Assembly: GCA_046070625.1 (NCBI GenBank)
Contig: JBJTMR010000061.1
Coordinates: 570 to 64,569 of the forward strand
Source: Bdellovibrio sp.
GTDB lineage: Bacteria > Bdellovibrionota > Bdellovibrionia > Bdellovibrionales > Bdellovibrionaceae
Length of the DNA stretch: 64,000 nucleotides
Reading direction: 5' to 3'
Shown: piece after piece, positions 47,401 to 58,200 of the stretch
How the letters are laid out: the number at the start of each line of letters is the position of its first letter
Numbering within the stretch: position 1 is the stretch's first letter
Notes under the pieces: model-generated
Told to the model about the DNA's origin: nothing
What the model saw: only the letters and a program-made list of their open reading frames with translations
Database searches by the model: none
Made by a program: the position numbers and the translations under genes

Positions 47401-48345
47401 CTAGTATGTCTGGCTCCATGTCCACGTATATTTCATTACCAACGCAAAGGTCGACGAGTGCATGGACCAATGATCCGTATAACTGCCAATAGAACCATGA
47501 ACTTGAGCTTCGCGATAAATGTAGCCGATGCCCAGGTAATAGGAATTTAAGTTTTTGATATTTTGAAAATCGACACCGACTTCACCTCGAATTTTATTAT
47601 CCGAGTCTACGCCAAGTGATGAGCTTTGACCTTGATGGAGACCATACAAATATTCAAAGTTTGATATAATTTTTTTAAACGGCGCGATCACGTGATCATA
47701 ACTAATATTAAGTCCTAGGACCATATCGTTGATTGAAGATATCCCCAACTCTGCAGATGAAAGAAACTCAAGTGAGGGATAAGCATCCCATCCAGCGACA
47801 AAGCCATAGCAGGCTTTATTCATAGCGTGATTTCCGACGCTACAATAAGTAAAACGGCTAACGACTGTTTCTACGTTTGCTGTCGATGAGTTGACTTGAT
47901 AACTTCCAACATTTTGGCCCTGGACCGCAAAAGAAGAATGACTGTATTCCAACTCAGCATAAAAAATCGGACTGGCCAAATAGCGCCCGCTTAAGACAAC
48001 GCTATCATAAGACGTCACTGAAAAGTTCATCGGCAGATCATAGTATTCTTGCTTAAAACCCGTCTTCATCGGTGCAATCGCTACACCAATCTGATAACGC
48101 GGATAATTTAGATAACCAGTATAAGGTTGTGGGTTCCTCAAAGCCTGAACCGGATCGACCTTCGATTGATCTTTACTATTGCTGACTTTCAATTTCAATT
48201 TTGTCTTTTCGTCTGAAAAAGAAGGGTCGCCAAAAGCATTGAATTTATACTCTGGACGTTCCGGAGAATTTTCGGCCCAACACGGAAGCGACGTGCTAAT
48301 TGAAATCGCAAAAAGACTGCCTATCAGCAAAGAACTTTGGCGCAT
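47401..48345 (-). CDS. Outer-membrane beta-barrel candidate
   Basis: Signal peptide, Tyr/Ser/Gly-rich amphipathic strands, ends KYTWTWSQTY. Confidence 0.7.
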   Translation of the reverse strand: MRQSSLLIGSLFAISISTSLPCWAENSPERPEYKFNAFGDPSFSDEKTKLKLKVSNSKDQSKVDPVQALRNPQPYTGYLNYPRYQIGVAIAPMKTGFKQEYYDLPMNFSVTSYDSVVLSGRYLASPIFYAELEYSHSSFAVQGQNVGSYQVNSSTANVETVVSRFTYCSVGNHAMNKACYGFVAGWDAYPSLEFLSSAELGISSINDMVLGLNISYDHVIAPFKKIISNFEYLYGLHQGQSSSLGVDSDNKIRGEVGVDFQNIKNLNSYYLGIGYIYREAQVHGSIGSYTDHWSMHSSTFALVMKYTWTWSQTY

Positions 48346-49563
48346 CTACGGAACCACCCACATGCAATACCAGGTCGCAGAAGCCCCTGCCGCTGAAAGT
48401 GTTATCGTCACATTCCCTGCTGATGACACAAACGATGACCACACAACTGACGCGCCCTGTGTGGCACTCGGTGAGCACGAGATTGCGGCCCCGACGGGTG
48501 CGCTGGTACAAGCTTTTGCATTTGCGCCTAAGACAGCTGTAAATGCAGAAATAGTACATGCTCCTACGGAGCTCACGGCAACACCGGAGCTTCCAATTTT
48601 TACTTTACCAGTGGAACCACCTTGAATGATAGTCGCAGCAGCAGCTCCTGTGTTACCCACCGTAACCGCGCCGGCACCTGTCGATCCTCCGACAGCTATA
48701 TTTTGCACGCCTGTGCTGGCCCCAATTGAAATTGCGCCTGTTGAACTCCCCCCACCAATAGTGGTAGTGCTCGCCCCAGAAGTATTTACTGTTGTGGTTC
48801 CCAATACTGACATCGCTCCGAGTGTACTTGCCCCAGTGACGCCAAATGTGCCTCCCACTGTGGCATTAGTCGTCACAATTACAGCAGTCCCGGCTGCATT
48901 GAATGTCGTGCTATTGGATATAGTCGTCGGAAGCACAGAGCTTGAAAGAGTCCCAGAGGAAATACTGGAGGCATTCAAACTCGTCAAATTGGCTCCGTTG
49001 ACTGCTGGCAATGTGGCCGGAAACGTCGTCGTCGGCAGTGTCCCTACAATGTTAGCAGCCGCAATGTTGGTCACTGTCGACCCATCCCAAGCCGGTAAGA
49101 CGCCGGAGGGTGCAAAGGAAGCACTTGTGATCGCTCCAGCAACGACCGCATTAGCTTTATCAGATAAAAGAGACAAGGCGACCGGGGTTGCCTGTATATC
49201 AAAACTCACTGGTAATCCGTCCACTGTAGATTGGATATTTACGACCAGACTTCCCGAAGCAGCTCCAACCAAAGTTGCAGAATCAATACCTCCCGAATAA
49301 GGAGGAGATGAGCTTCCCGACAAACTTTGAGAAAAGAACCCCCCACTGACACTGACTGAAAATGATTTTGTCCAAAAGTACGTATTCCCGGAACGAATAG
49401 AAAATGTCATTGCGTAGCTGCCATCAGTTACTGCTGCGCCGGATATTTTACGGAGATACCCTTGAACGAAAAGAGTGTTCATGTTGGGCGCTGCAGATAC
49501 GAAGCCCCCGTATCCCAAAATAAAAATACCGAACAGAAATTTCAAACGCTTGAAAATATTCAT
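48346..49563 (-). CDS. Secreted fibre-like adhesin
   Basis: Signal peptide; FVQGYLRK...YAMTFSI...SGGFFS N-domain; LPAWDGSTVTN / LPAVNGANLTSLNASSISSGTL repeats; G/T/S-rich repeats; small Cys-rich tip. Confidence 0.7.
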   Translation of the reverse strand: MNIFKRLKFLFGIFILGYGGFVSAAPNMNTLFVQGYLRKISGAAVTDGSYAMTFSIRSGNTYFWTKSFSVSVSGGFFSQSLSGSSSPPYSGGIDSATLVGAASGSLVVNIQSTVDGLPVSFDIQATPVALSLLSDKANAVVAGAITSASFAPSGVLPAWDGSTVTNIAAANIVGTLPTTTFPATLPAVNGANLTSLNASSISSGTLSSSVLPTTISNSTTFNAAGTAVIVTTNATVGGTFGVTGASTLGAMSVLGTTTVNTSGASTTTIGGGSSTGAISIGASTGVQNIAVGGSTGAGAVTVGNTGAAAATIIQGGSTGKVKIGSSGVAVSSVGACTISAFTAVLGANAKACTSAPVGAAISCSPSATQGASVVWSSFVSSAGNVTITLSAAGASATWYCMWVVP

Positions 49564-49575
49564 TTCACACCATCA

Positions 49576-50499
49576 CTAAGGATTTAACCACTGTGCACCT
49601 ACCGCCATAGGACCTATCAGCATTTGAACTTTTTGATTATCAGCACCCGACGAATTCAGATCGACCGCTTTTCCACTTAAACTATCTAAATTACCAATCA
49701 GCGACGGAGAGGAATTGACCGGTCCTCCACTAAAGCCCGAAGCTCCCCCCGAGGAAACGGAGGCCGCTAAAATCGTTGTCAGCGAAAAATAGCTTACGGA
49801 CATAACCCCGGCTCCCGAAACATTCCCAACTAGGTCCTTCACCGTAAATGCCAAACTGCGGGTTTGGCCCTCAGTCAGGTCCATCTCAAATGAAAAGCCA
49901 TTTGCCGATGGATAAGAGATCACTCCACCGCTAGGATACTGCAAGGAAACAACTCCTTCGCCACCAGTCCACCCTCCACTAACTCGAACATGACTATCAC
50001 TGCACGTCCAAATGCCTGTGGACAAGCGGCACCCTGAGACTGCATTCAAATAGGGAGCTGAAGGAGCATGGGTATCAATGATAATGACCTTCGATGTGGT
50101 CAAGCCCGCCAAGGCCGCGCCGTCAGCACGAAGCCCTTGAAGCTCTATCGCGTATTCATTCCCTAAATGTGGTGTAGAGGAGGGGAAAAATTTAGACCAG
50201 CTAAAAGTTCCACCGGCCCCACACGACGCTTCGACACTATCGATGGTTCCATTAATAATGACGGAGATTCTACCAACTCCCCGAGAGCACCGACCTTCAA
50301 TCGTCACCGTTGCAGAGTTCAAATAAATTTTCCCTAGGGAATCTACAGTCCATTCATTTTTACTTTTCCCAAGAATTTTTTCGACGGCCATTGATGGTGC
50401 CGCCGGAGACCCTGGTGATGCCGTGCCAATAGAAATATCACTTCCACCCTCAAGACAAGACGTCAAAATTAAGCAAAAGAAAAGAATGAGCCAATTCAT
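49576..50499 (-). CDS. Ig-like-domain lipoprotein
   Basis: Start moved to ATG 50499 (ATGA overlap); lipobox LTSC; beta-sandwich-like segments (TVTIEGRC, IIIDTHAPSAP, AFTVKDLVGN). Confidence 0.7.
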   Translation of the reverse strand: MNWLILFFCLILTSCLEGGSDISIGTASPGSPAAPSMAVEKILGKSKNEWTVDSLGKIYLNSATVTIEGRCSRGVGRISVIINGTIDSVEASCGAGGTFSWSKFFPSSTPHLGNEYAIELQGLRADGAALAGLTTSKVIIIDTHAPSAPYLNAVSGCRLSTGIWTCSDSHVRVSGGWTGGEGVVSLQYPSGGVISYPSANGFSFEMDLTEGQTRSLAFTVKDLVGNVSGAGVMSVSYFSLTTILAASVSSGGASGFSGGPVNSSPSLIGNLDSLSGKAVDLNSSGADNQKVQMLIGPMAVGAQWLNP

Positions 50500-51251
50500 C
50501 GTGGCAGCATTTCTTTCACACATCTTATGGGTATGAAAATAGGAACCCCCGTTGAAGAAGAAACCTTAATGTATTCTCCAATACGACGTCCAAAAACAAA
50601 TTTTGCTTTCTGGAATTTACCAATTACGTTGGCCGTTTCATCTGGCGCCATCAAACCAGTACAATTTTGCACAAAAGTCCATCGACCCGCTGGGCGAAGT
50701 TCATTTATCGTTGCTGGATTCGGCCTTGCTGGTGCTGTGACTTCGTCTTCTAGGGCTTTCAAAGACATTTCGTCGCGTTTCAATTCCTTTTTACTTTTCT
50801 CAATATCAGCACGAAGTGCATCGCTATCGTCAGTTTTTTTATTGAACTTCGCTAATAGATCTTGATATCGCTTTTGCACTCTTTTTCTGTTGTTCTGAAT
50901 CTCTGCGAGTTCGGCCTTTAAAAACTCCTGATCCTTTTGCAAAGATTCTTGCGCAATTTTCAAATCTTCAATTTGTCGGCGCTTCGCTCGAATATCGCGT
51001 TCGGTATCTTCTTTGTTCAGCTCGTACTCTTGCTTAAATCTCACGGCGGCGGCTTTGGCTTCTTCATAGCGCTGGCTTTCTTCAAATTCATCTTTTTGGG
51101 CCTGAATCAAAGCTCCCTCAGGATAAATGCTATTTACCGAGGTCTGAGCAGAACGAGCTGTGGCTGCATTCAAAATAACAAATATCCCAAAGACTAATCT
51201 CCTTAGACACGGATTTGCGAAAATTCGTAACCATATCAGTCGAGATTTCAA
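50496..51251 (-). CDS. Secreted coiled-coil protein with small C-terminal beta (SH3-like) domain
   Basis: Signal-like N-terminus, about 130 aa coiled coil, Pro linker, Cys-bracketed beta domain. Confidence 0.7.
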   Translation of the reverse strand: MKSRLIWLRIFANPCLRRLVFGIFVILNAATARSAQTSVNSIYPEGALIQAQKDEFEESQRYEEAKAAAVRFKQEYELNKEDTERDIRAKRRQIEDLKIAQESLQKDQEFLKAELAEIQNNRKRVQKRYQDLLAKFNKKTDDSDALRADIEKSKKELKRDEMSLKALEDEVTAPARPNPATINELRPAGRWTFVQNCTGLMAPDETANVIGKFQKAKFVFGRRIGEYIKVSSSTGVPIFIPIRCVKEMLPR

Positions 51252-51389
51252 AAGCGCCCTCAGTCAATGTTTGAGACAAAGCAGGAGCCCTTAAGCTCCC
51301 GGTAGCTAATGTTAAATATCTGTCAAAATGCGAGGGATTTATATCTGAATTACTTCAGCATGGAAATTTCTAGACTGAAAGACAGCTTC

Positions 51390-52622
51390 TTACTGAGAGT
51401 CACACTCTAACATCGTATAGTTCGTCTGCCCATTTTTCGGAGCAACTAACAAATGTCTATTGCCTGGTAAAACAACCCAGAAGCCTTTTTTCGCGAAGCT
51501 CAAATTTGACGTTTCGTCATCGACCTCAAAACTTTGCTTATTCCCGTCTGCCGATACTTTAGATAAAATATATTTATCAAAAAACAAATGCTGCTTACGA
51601 TATTCAGCGACCCAATAGTTAGCACTTTGTTTTTTCTCTAAGGAATAGTCAAATCGGAAGGATACTGGTTTTGCTGCCGACACGGGCTTTGTCGGACGAT
51701 TGTTTTTCAAATCATCCAGCGAAATCAAATTCCAAGACTCGCTACGATCTAGCCATCCACTAGAACGAAAGCCAATAACTGTGGAATTTCCTAATATGAA
51801 GTCAGAAAAAGGCTCGGATCGAACTGGTAGCTGTAACGGTGACAATTTAATTTGATCCTTTGCCACTTCATACAAACTTAAAGCAGCTGAGTCCCCGGAA
51901 GAAAAGCCTAATAGCCCCTCCTGCACCCGAACTCTGGCTTTGCGATTTTGATTTAGATGTCCGCAATCGCCAACATTTAACATGTTACCCGGCTCCACCG
52001 TCATCATTAGATCAGCAGACTTAGAAGCACCCTTAGGAATGTAATCCAATAGACCTTTCAGCTTGTAAAAGCCAATCTGTCCAAGCCCGTTCCAAAAAAC
52101 CATGTAGTCATCATTCAGACGCTGCAGCGAAAGGTCGTCTCCCCAAGTACCCGTACATAGTCCCCAGGAGTTCCTGGCGAATATTTTATCGTTCAATACT
52201 TGTAACGGGATTCTTTTACCAGTGTCTTCTTTAAGAATTGACCAATCATCAAACGAGGCTTCCATTTCATAAGAATGCTTTTCAGCGGATCGTAAAGAAT
52301 TTTCCTGACGATTCAAAAGTTCTCCATAAGGAGTCATGTCTGCTGAAAATCCAACTTTGCCCACGATAAAACTATTTTTATTAAAATCCACTCCAGCAGC
52401 GATGTACTGTCCCTGAGCATTCTTGTACAGATGAGTTATCATTGGAACTCTATCTTGTCCCAGCTTTAATTCACCCCTATTTTTGACTCGACATTGCAGT
52501 ACCTTTTCTGACTCTGGAGGAACATTTTCAAAAATCGTCACAAGGATCAATATCAAACTTAGGAATACAGCCAGTAAGATGGGACCTTTAATATAAAGAG
52601 GAAGCTTTTTTATCTGATTCAT
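51390..52622 (-). CDS. Membrane-anchored beta-rich protein, unknown function
   Basis: N-terminal TM, repeated short beta strands (propeller-like); overlaps the VWA gene. Confidence 0.7.
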   Translation of the reverse strand: MNQIKKLPLYIKGPILLAVFLSLILILVTIFENVPPESEKVLQCRVKNRGELKLGQDRVPMITHLYKNAQGQYIAAGVDFNKNSFIVGKVGFSADMTPYGELLNRQENSLRSAEKHSYEMEASFDDWSILKEDTGKRIPLQVLNDKIFARNSWGLCTGTWGDDLSLQRLNDDYMVFWNGLGQIGFYKLKGLLDYIPKGASKSADLMMTVEPGNMLNVGDCGHLNQNRKARVRVQEGLLGFSSGDSAALSLYEVAKDQIKLSPLQLPVRSEPFSDFILGNSTVIGFRSSGWLDRSESWNLISLDDLKNNRPTKPVSAAKPVSFRFDYSLEKKQSANYWVAEYRKQHLFFDKYILSKVSADGNKQSFEVDDETSNLSFAKKGFWVVLPGNRHLLVAPKNGQTNYTMLECDSQ

Positions 52623-54037
52623 TTTGTTTGATTCTTTTTACAGTTAAGTTTAACAACTTCTTTATTGGAACCCATGATAACGTCTTTGAATATACACCCT
52701 TCGTCAACTTTGATCTCATAGACACCCTTTCCTAAAATCAGGGGAAAGTTTGTCACATGATTTCCTATAGTTTGGCCGCGGCTATTCTGAACGTAAATGC
52801 CCTTTACGACGGGATCCTCCACAAATGCAACCCCGGCTTCTTCAATATTATATTCATACTGGCCTTCTGGCACCACAAGATAGTCGTTGATTGTTTTCTC
52901 ATAGAAAGGATCTCGATAAAATCTGAGACTCCATCTGCCCGGTGGCAGCGCCGTTGCTTGATCCGAAGTAAATCGCTTAACAACTTTCTTATTCTTATTC
53001 AAAAGTTCAATTTTCATCAGGCCATCAATGAAGTGAGCAGTGAAGGTGCCGCTGCCTTTCACGCGCAAAGTGATCTTCTTTTTTGGAGGTATGATGAACT
53101 CTTTGAAGCGATATTTAGGTTTTAAATTTACAACGGCAAAGTAAGTTCCGGGTGGGACTTCAATTCCGTAAGAAGCCTGAAATTTTCTATAAATTTCATT
53201 AGGGCTCTCTTTGCGGAATAAAAAAACTGTAGCCTTGGGATCCGGACTATCGACAAAAAGATTTTTATTCGGGTTGAGTTCTTTATCCATATCGCTAAAA
53301 AGATCATCCAACTGCTGTTCATCGTCGGCCTGGTGAACATCCCCTATACACTTTAACTTTTCCAAAGTGTCTTGTTGATCCTTAAGTCCAAAAGCTATCA
53401 CAAAGAACTTCAAGTCCACATTTTTCTTTTTTACTTCGTTCACAAATTTGCACGGATCTTTTCCGCAGGTTTCCTCGCCATCAGTAAATACGACGACTCT
53501 TTTAGGTCCATCATAGTTTTCGAGATCTTTGTAAGCATCTTTTAGACCATCAAACAAGGGCGTCATTCCTACGGGATCCATCGTTTTCACTGTGCCTTCG
53601 ATAAGACCCAATTTTGAATTGCCTGGTTGAATAGCCAAAAAATTGTCTTTACAATCTTTTTTCCGACGGGAACCAATGACGCGCATACCGCTGGAGCTCT
53701 TTTCCGTCCATTGCGAAACAAGATAGCGCGACAAGATTTTCTTCATGACATAAATCTTGGTTTTTTTTTGACTCAGAATTTGCCCCATAGAGCCAGAACT
53801 ATCGATAATATATTCTACCAAGGGAGTTGGCGTATCCGCCATGTTCTCTACATCAGCGGTCCCCTCTGTTGATTCTTTTACTTTAGTGGGATCAAAATCC
53901 ATTTTATCTAGCAGATCCTTAGCCTGCACTTGGACAGAGCCCGCAGCAGGTTTCATATCCGGATCAACCTGTCCCCAAACAGTCATCGTCCACACAAAAA
54001 AGATACTGAAATACAGAAATATCTGTTTCATAATCAC
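52619..54037 (-). CDS. Secreted von Willebrand factor A (VWA) domain protein
   Basis: Signal peptide; MIDAS DSSGS, GMTPL, VVFTDGEETCG, FVIAFG; C-terminal beta-sandwich repeats. Confidence 0.88.
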   Translation of the reverse strand: MIMKQIFLYFSIFFVWTMTVWGQVDPDMKPAAGSVQVQAKDLLDKMDFDPTKVKESTEGTADVENMADTPTPLVEYIIDSSGSMGQILSQKKTKIYVMKKILSRYLVSQWTEKSSSGMRVIGSRRKKDCKDNFLAIQPGNSKLGLIEGTVKTMDPVGMTPLFDGLKDAYKDLENYDGPKRVVVFTDGEETCGKDPCKFVNEVKKKNVDLKFFVIAFGLKDQQDTLEKLKCIGDVHQADDEQQLDDLFSDMDKELNPNKNLFVDSPDPKATVFLFRKESPNEIYRKFQASYGIEVPPGTYFAVVNLKPKYRFKEFIIPPKKKITLRVKGSGTFTAHFIDGLMKIELLNKNKKVVKRFTSDQATALPPGRWSLRFYRDPFYEKTINDYLVVPEGQYEYNIEEAGVAFVEDPVVKGIYVQNSRGQTIGNHVTNFPLILGKGVYEIKVDEGCIFKDVIMGSNKEVVKLNCKKNQTK

Positions 54038-55224
54038 CGCGGTTTCATCAATTTACTAATAAAATCGTCTAGACGTAATCCTAACATAATGCGAATCGCG
54101 CTTTGGCTTTCGCTATAGCTTTGTCCTTGGGGAATATTATAGACACCGTCGGCAGCATTCTTAACTTCACCACTAAATGAAACTTGGGATTGAGACATGG
54201 TGTAACTAACGTCTAAAGAATATCTCTTAAACCAGGGAATAGCTTTAACATAAAAAAGCATCGTTGCGCCGGCTTTTAGTTCATACATGCTGCCAGAAGA
54301 ACTCGCTCCCCGTTGGACAAGACTGTCGCTCACGGAGTAGGTCGGAAAATAAGAAACATCCACATAAATTCGATTGAAGCTCCAGCCAAAGGCATTGCTG
54401 GTCTGATAGATATTATCTCCGAAGAGATAGTGAAAATTTACTCCCAAACCTAACCCTGAAGCGTTCGAAGACACCACGTATTCATCATCATTCGTAGTTT
54501 TAAACTCTGAATTGAGCGAAATCAGTTTCAGGGTCGGTCGCAATTCCTTCCAAATGGGAAGCAATCGATAGTGAAGGGCTATACGCGTTTCTTTGGCGGT
54601 GGTTGCCTGCTCTTGGCGATTGTATGACTTTAAAGGGATATTCCCACCGGACGTTTGGTATTCAATCCCATAGCGCCACAGAAAGTCCACGTACCACAAG
54701 AAATGTGTCTCGACGTATTTAAAATCAAAAACTTTATATTTATTGGCATTATTTGGAGACTGACTTTCAAAATGGCCGTTATAAGGACCCATCTCGAAAA
54801 TCATATATCCCGGTTCATAGGGATCCGGTGTTTCTTCGGGAACTTTATACTCATTTTCTGGCACCGGGGCTTCTGACGGCAAGGGCTTCAGCCGCGACAA
54901 GCTTACTACGAGATCTTTTGCCTTAGGCATCTTGGTGATAGAGGGACCGTCCAGAATCGCAAGCAATTCATTATTCTGGACACTCTCTACACTTCCGCGA
55001 GCGATAACTTCGACATCTTCTCCAATGACACGCAAAACGACAATAAGCTCCCCCGCTCGCACCCGATTTGTTCGGGGCAGAATCAAAACATCGTCATTCA
55101 TTCGACGAATAGGGACAGCATTTTTTTTGATGAAATCTATGTTAATCCAAGAACTAGCAAAAGCACTTTCGCCGGCAAGGAACATCCATGTTGCCATCAT
55201 TAATTGTAAGAGAATCCTTCTCAT
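54034..55224 (-). CDS. Outer-membrane beta-barrel candidate with N-terminal periplasmic domain
   Basis: Signal peptide (AFA|SS), N-terminal beta domain, Pro linker, about 12 amphipathic strands ending IMLGLRL. Confidence 0.65.
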   Translation of the reverse strand: MRRILLQLMMATWMFLAGESAFASSWINIDFIKKNAVPIRRMNDDVLILPRTNRVRAGELIVVLRVIGEDVEVIARGSVESVQNNELLAILDGPSITKMPKAKDLVVSLSRLKPLPSEAPVPENEYKVPEETPDPYEPGYMIFEMGPYNGHFESQSPNNANKYKVFDFKYVETHFLWYVDFLWRYGIEYQTSGGNIPLKSYNRQEQATTAKETRIALHYRLLPIWKELRPTLKLISLNSEFKTTNDDEYVVSSNASGLGLGVNFHYLFGDNIYQTSNAFGWSFNRIYVDVSYFPTYSVSDSLVQRGASSSGSMYELKAGATMLFYVKAIPWFKRYSLDVSYTMSQSQVSFSGEVKNAADGVYNIPQGQSYSESQSAIRIMLGLRLDDFISKLMKPR

Positions 55225-58200
55225 CTATTTCGCTTTGTATACCTTTCCTTTGGATCTACTCACCAGCAATATTTGTCCCGAAGGATATGAAGCTATACTG
55301 GTGATTGGATTCTGAACTGCACTTACGTAAACTGTATTCGTCGTTAGATCCACAGTAAACACTTGATTTGCACCCTCCATAGTTCCGATCAATAATCGAT
55401 CCTGAGAGCGAATTACTAGACGTTTCCCTGCGCCAGGAACGTCAAAAGGAGATCCATTCAATTGGTTGACTCCAATAAACTCCATGCTTCCCACAGTCGG
55501 CGTCGTTGAACCACTGTCCGGAAAAGTCACAACCCCGCCCGTTCCACTGAGCAGAGCATAAACACGGTTATTCGTGGAATCGTAAAGGATATCGGAAGGC
55601 TTAGAGTCCTCATGACCTACGACACCATCGAATACATTTAGCGACGTTACCAACGACGGTATTCCGCCAGAAAGCGCCGCAGTGACATCAAATACAAATA
55701 TTTTATGCAAGACTGTCGGTGAAGTCTGTTGAGCAGTCACATACAGCCTGTTAATGGAACGATTCAACGTCATCCCGGAAATCTTCATAGTTCCGAAGTT
55801 ATATACAGTCTTGGGATTCGATGGAGCAAGATAGTCATAATACAAGACATTGCCTGCATCTGCTGCATAGAACACATAGGTCGAATCCATTGAAGTGGTA
55901 ATACGACTGTCTGAATAATAAGGACTTGTATAAAGTTGCAACGGACAATCCCCCGCACACTTATTATTACTTGCCAATGCAAGAGACGTAAGATCTCCAT
56001 TCATTATATGCAGAGCTTCCGTGGTCAAACCGAATGGCCCACTTCTAGCGGATGTTGAAGTCATCAGCATGTCGTACCCCGTACCTACGGGGTTAATGGC
56101 AATTCGTCTAGTCGATGTGCCCGTCAGCCATGGCAGGTCTTCCGTGAAATTCCACGGTGGATTAACCAAGGTTCCATTGGGCTTTCCAATGTTTCCATTA
56201 ACCATCAGCAAGTCCCAAAGGAAATGCTTTTGAAACGAGCCAGACATATAGTTTCCGGCAATAATTAAATGATCTAGATTGTCATTTCCAACAAGCTGTC
56301 CGTAAGCGATTTCCCCCATCCAGTTGACATTCGTCGGAGTGATCGATGGTGAGCTTTCAATTCGGCTTGTCGTCAAGTCAAAGACAGAATCTCCTAACAA
56401 AAAGGTATTCAAAACTTTCACGTCCCAGCTTCTAGAGACAACATAGTTTCCGTCCGTTACTTCCACACGGATCGTGAATTCACCAGCTTTCTTAGGACCA
56501 TTACCGTCGGGATCTAAAGAGCCATCCATATCACTCGGCTTAAATGTGAAGCTTGAAGACTCGTCAGAACTAATTTTTCCATTCACATACCAACGATAAA
56601 ACAGCACATCATCTGGATTCGGATCCGAAGCATTTACCGACAAGACCACAGAACTCTTCTCTGCCACTAAAATATTGTTTCCAGATGGAACAGATGAATC
56701 TATGACTGGTGTTTTTTCGAATGGCGATAGGGCGCTTTGAACTTTCAAATAGAAATGCGCACTGTCGACGTCCCCTGTTACAGTATCTTTGACTTGGACA
56801 CGAATAAGGCTCCCCGGACTTCCCGCTGGAGTAATATCCAACGAGTAATTTGGCACCCAGGTAATAACTCCGGTGCTCGAATCGATACAAACACCATTGG
56901 CAACTCCGCACTCTCGCGGAGACGATAACAAGGAGTATTCTAAAGAGTGTTCCTGCGAATTATTCACAATGACATCATAGCGGAAGGGTTGCTCGTTCAT
57001 ACTGGCCGCAGTCTGAATCATATGATGCGTTGGCACATTCATAATGCTCACTCGCGGACTGACCAAATAAACCGGCGCCACGACAGTTAACAGTAATGGC
57101 GTCCCACTGATCGCCGATGGCAAAGCGACCCCGTCTCTATCCACGTCACCATTATCATTGACATCAATCTCTGCAGAAAACACCCCAATTTGGCCACGCT
57201 GTGGACACCATTCCATTTGATATTTTTGGCGAAGAACTCCGTTGATCACCTCTGGGGCGCCTGCCGGGCTGAACTTTGGAATAGCGAGATCCGCATTTAA
57301 GACTCCGGAGGAATAACATTGAGTCAAATTTTTATTACGATCGTAAGCAGGGTCATAAGTTGTCAACTCAACAGGAAACGTCGCCGTCGTCGCATGACAA
57401 ATAAATGGATCAGCAGACCCAGTATCTAATGTTGGATGTTGCAAAGCCACGCCATTTCCATCACGACAAGCAGTCAAAGTCGTGGCGAAAGTTCCCCCCA
57501 TTGGAACAAAGGCATCTTTGTCATATAAGAAGAATTCTTTTTTAACATAGGTGTCCGCAAAAACTTTTACCTTGTTATCGGTATCCATTGTGGCGATCGT
57601 CGGAATCTGATTCTTGTTAATCAAGCGAACTTTATAATAACCATAAATAGACGTAGAAACATCTGGCGATGATTTCGCATCAAATACTTTTATTTTTACA
57701 ATCAAACCTGCGGCCCCGGAGAACTGTTTAGAGTCGGCGTCTGTTGGGTTCCATGTCAAACGAGCTGTTGTTTTCGTGCCGCTCGTCACAGTCAGAGGGT
57801 CCACTCTATCAATGCTCACCGTTAATCCCGCAGGACGATCACGCCAGGTACTGGTTTTTAAATCATAGACTTGAGGCTGAATTTCGAAATTATCATTCTT
57901 CAATTCCTCCCCTTTGTTGGAGTCTGTCACATAGAAATTGTAGAAGCTTGAAGTTCCTTCCGCATAATCTCCTAGAACAACTGGCGTCGCCGTGCTTGCT
58001 CCAGTTCCCCCGGTTAATGCGGTAAATGAACTGTTCGTAAGAACTGGTGGGTGATTCACTTCATGAACCACCAAAGTTAAATTGGTCGTATAAACTAGGG
58101 CAGAATAATAGGTGTTGTTCACGAAATAAGCGGAACTATCACAATACCTACTGACAGCCCCGGTTTGACAACCGGAATTTAGATTTTCATATGTTGTGAG

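Noticed and set aside
48179-49300. Plus-strand ORFs 48179-48625 and 48626-49300 (Pro/Val/Ala-rich)
   Set aside because: Antisense to the Gly/Thr/Ser-rich fibre gene; typical shadow of biased codons.
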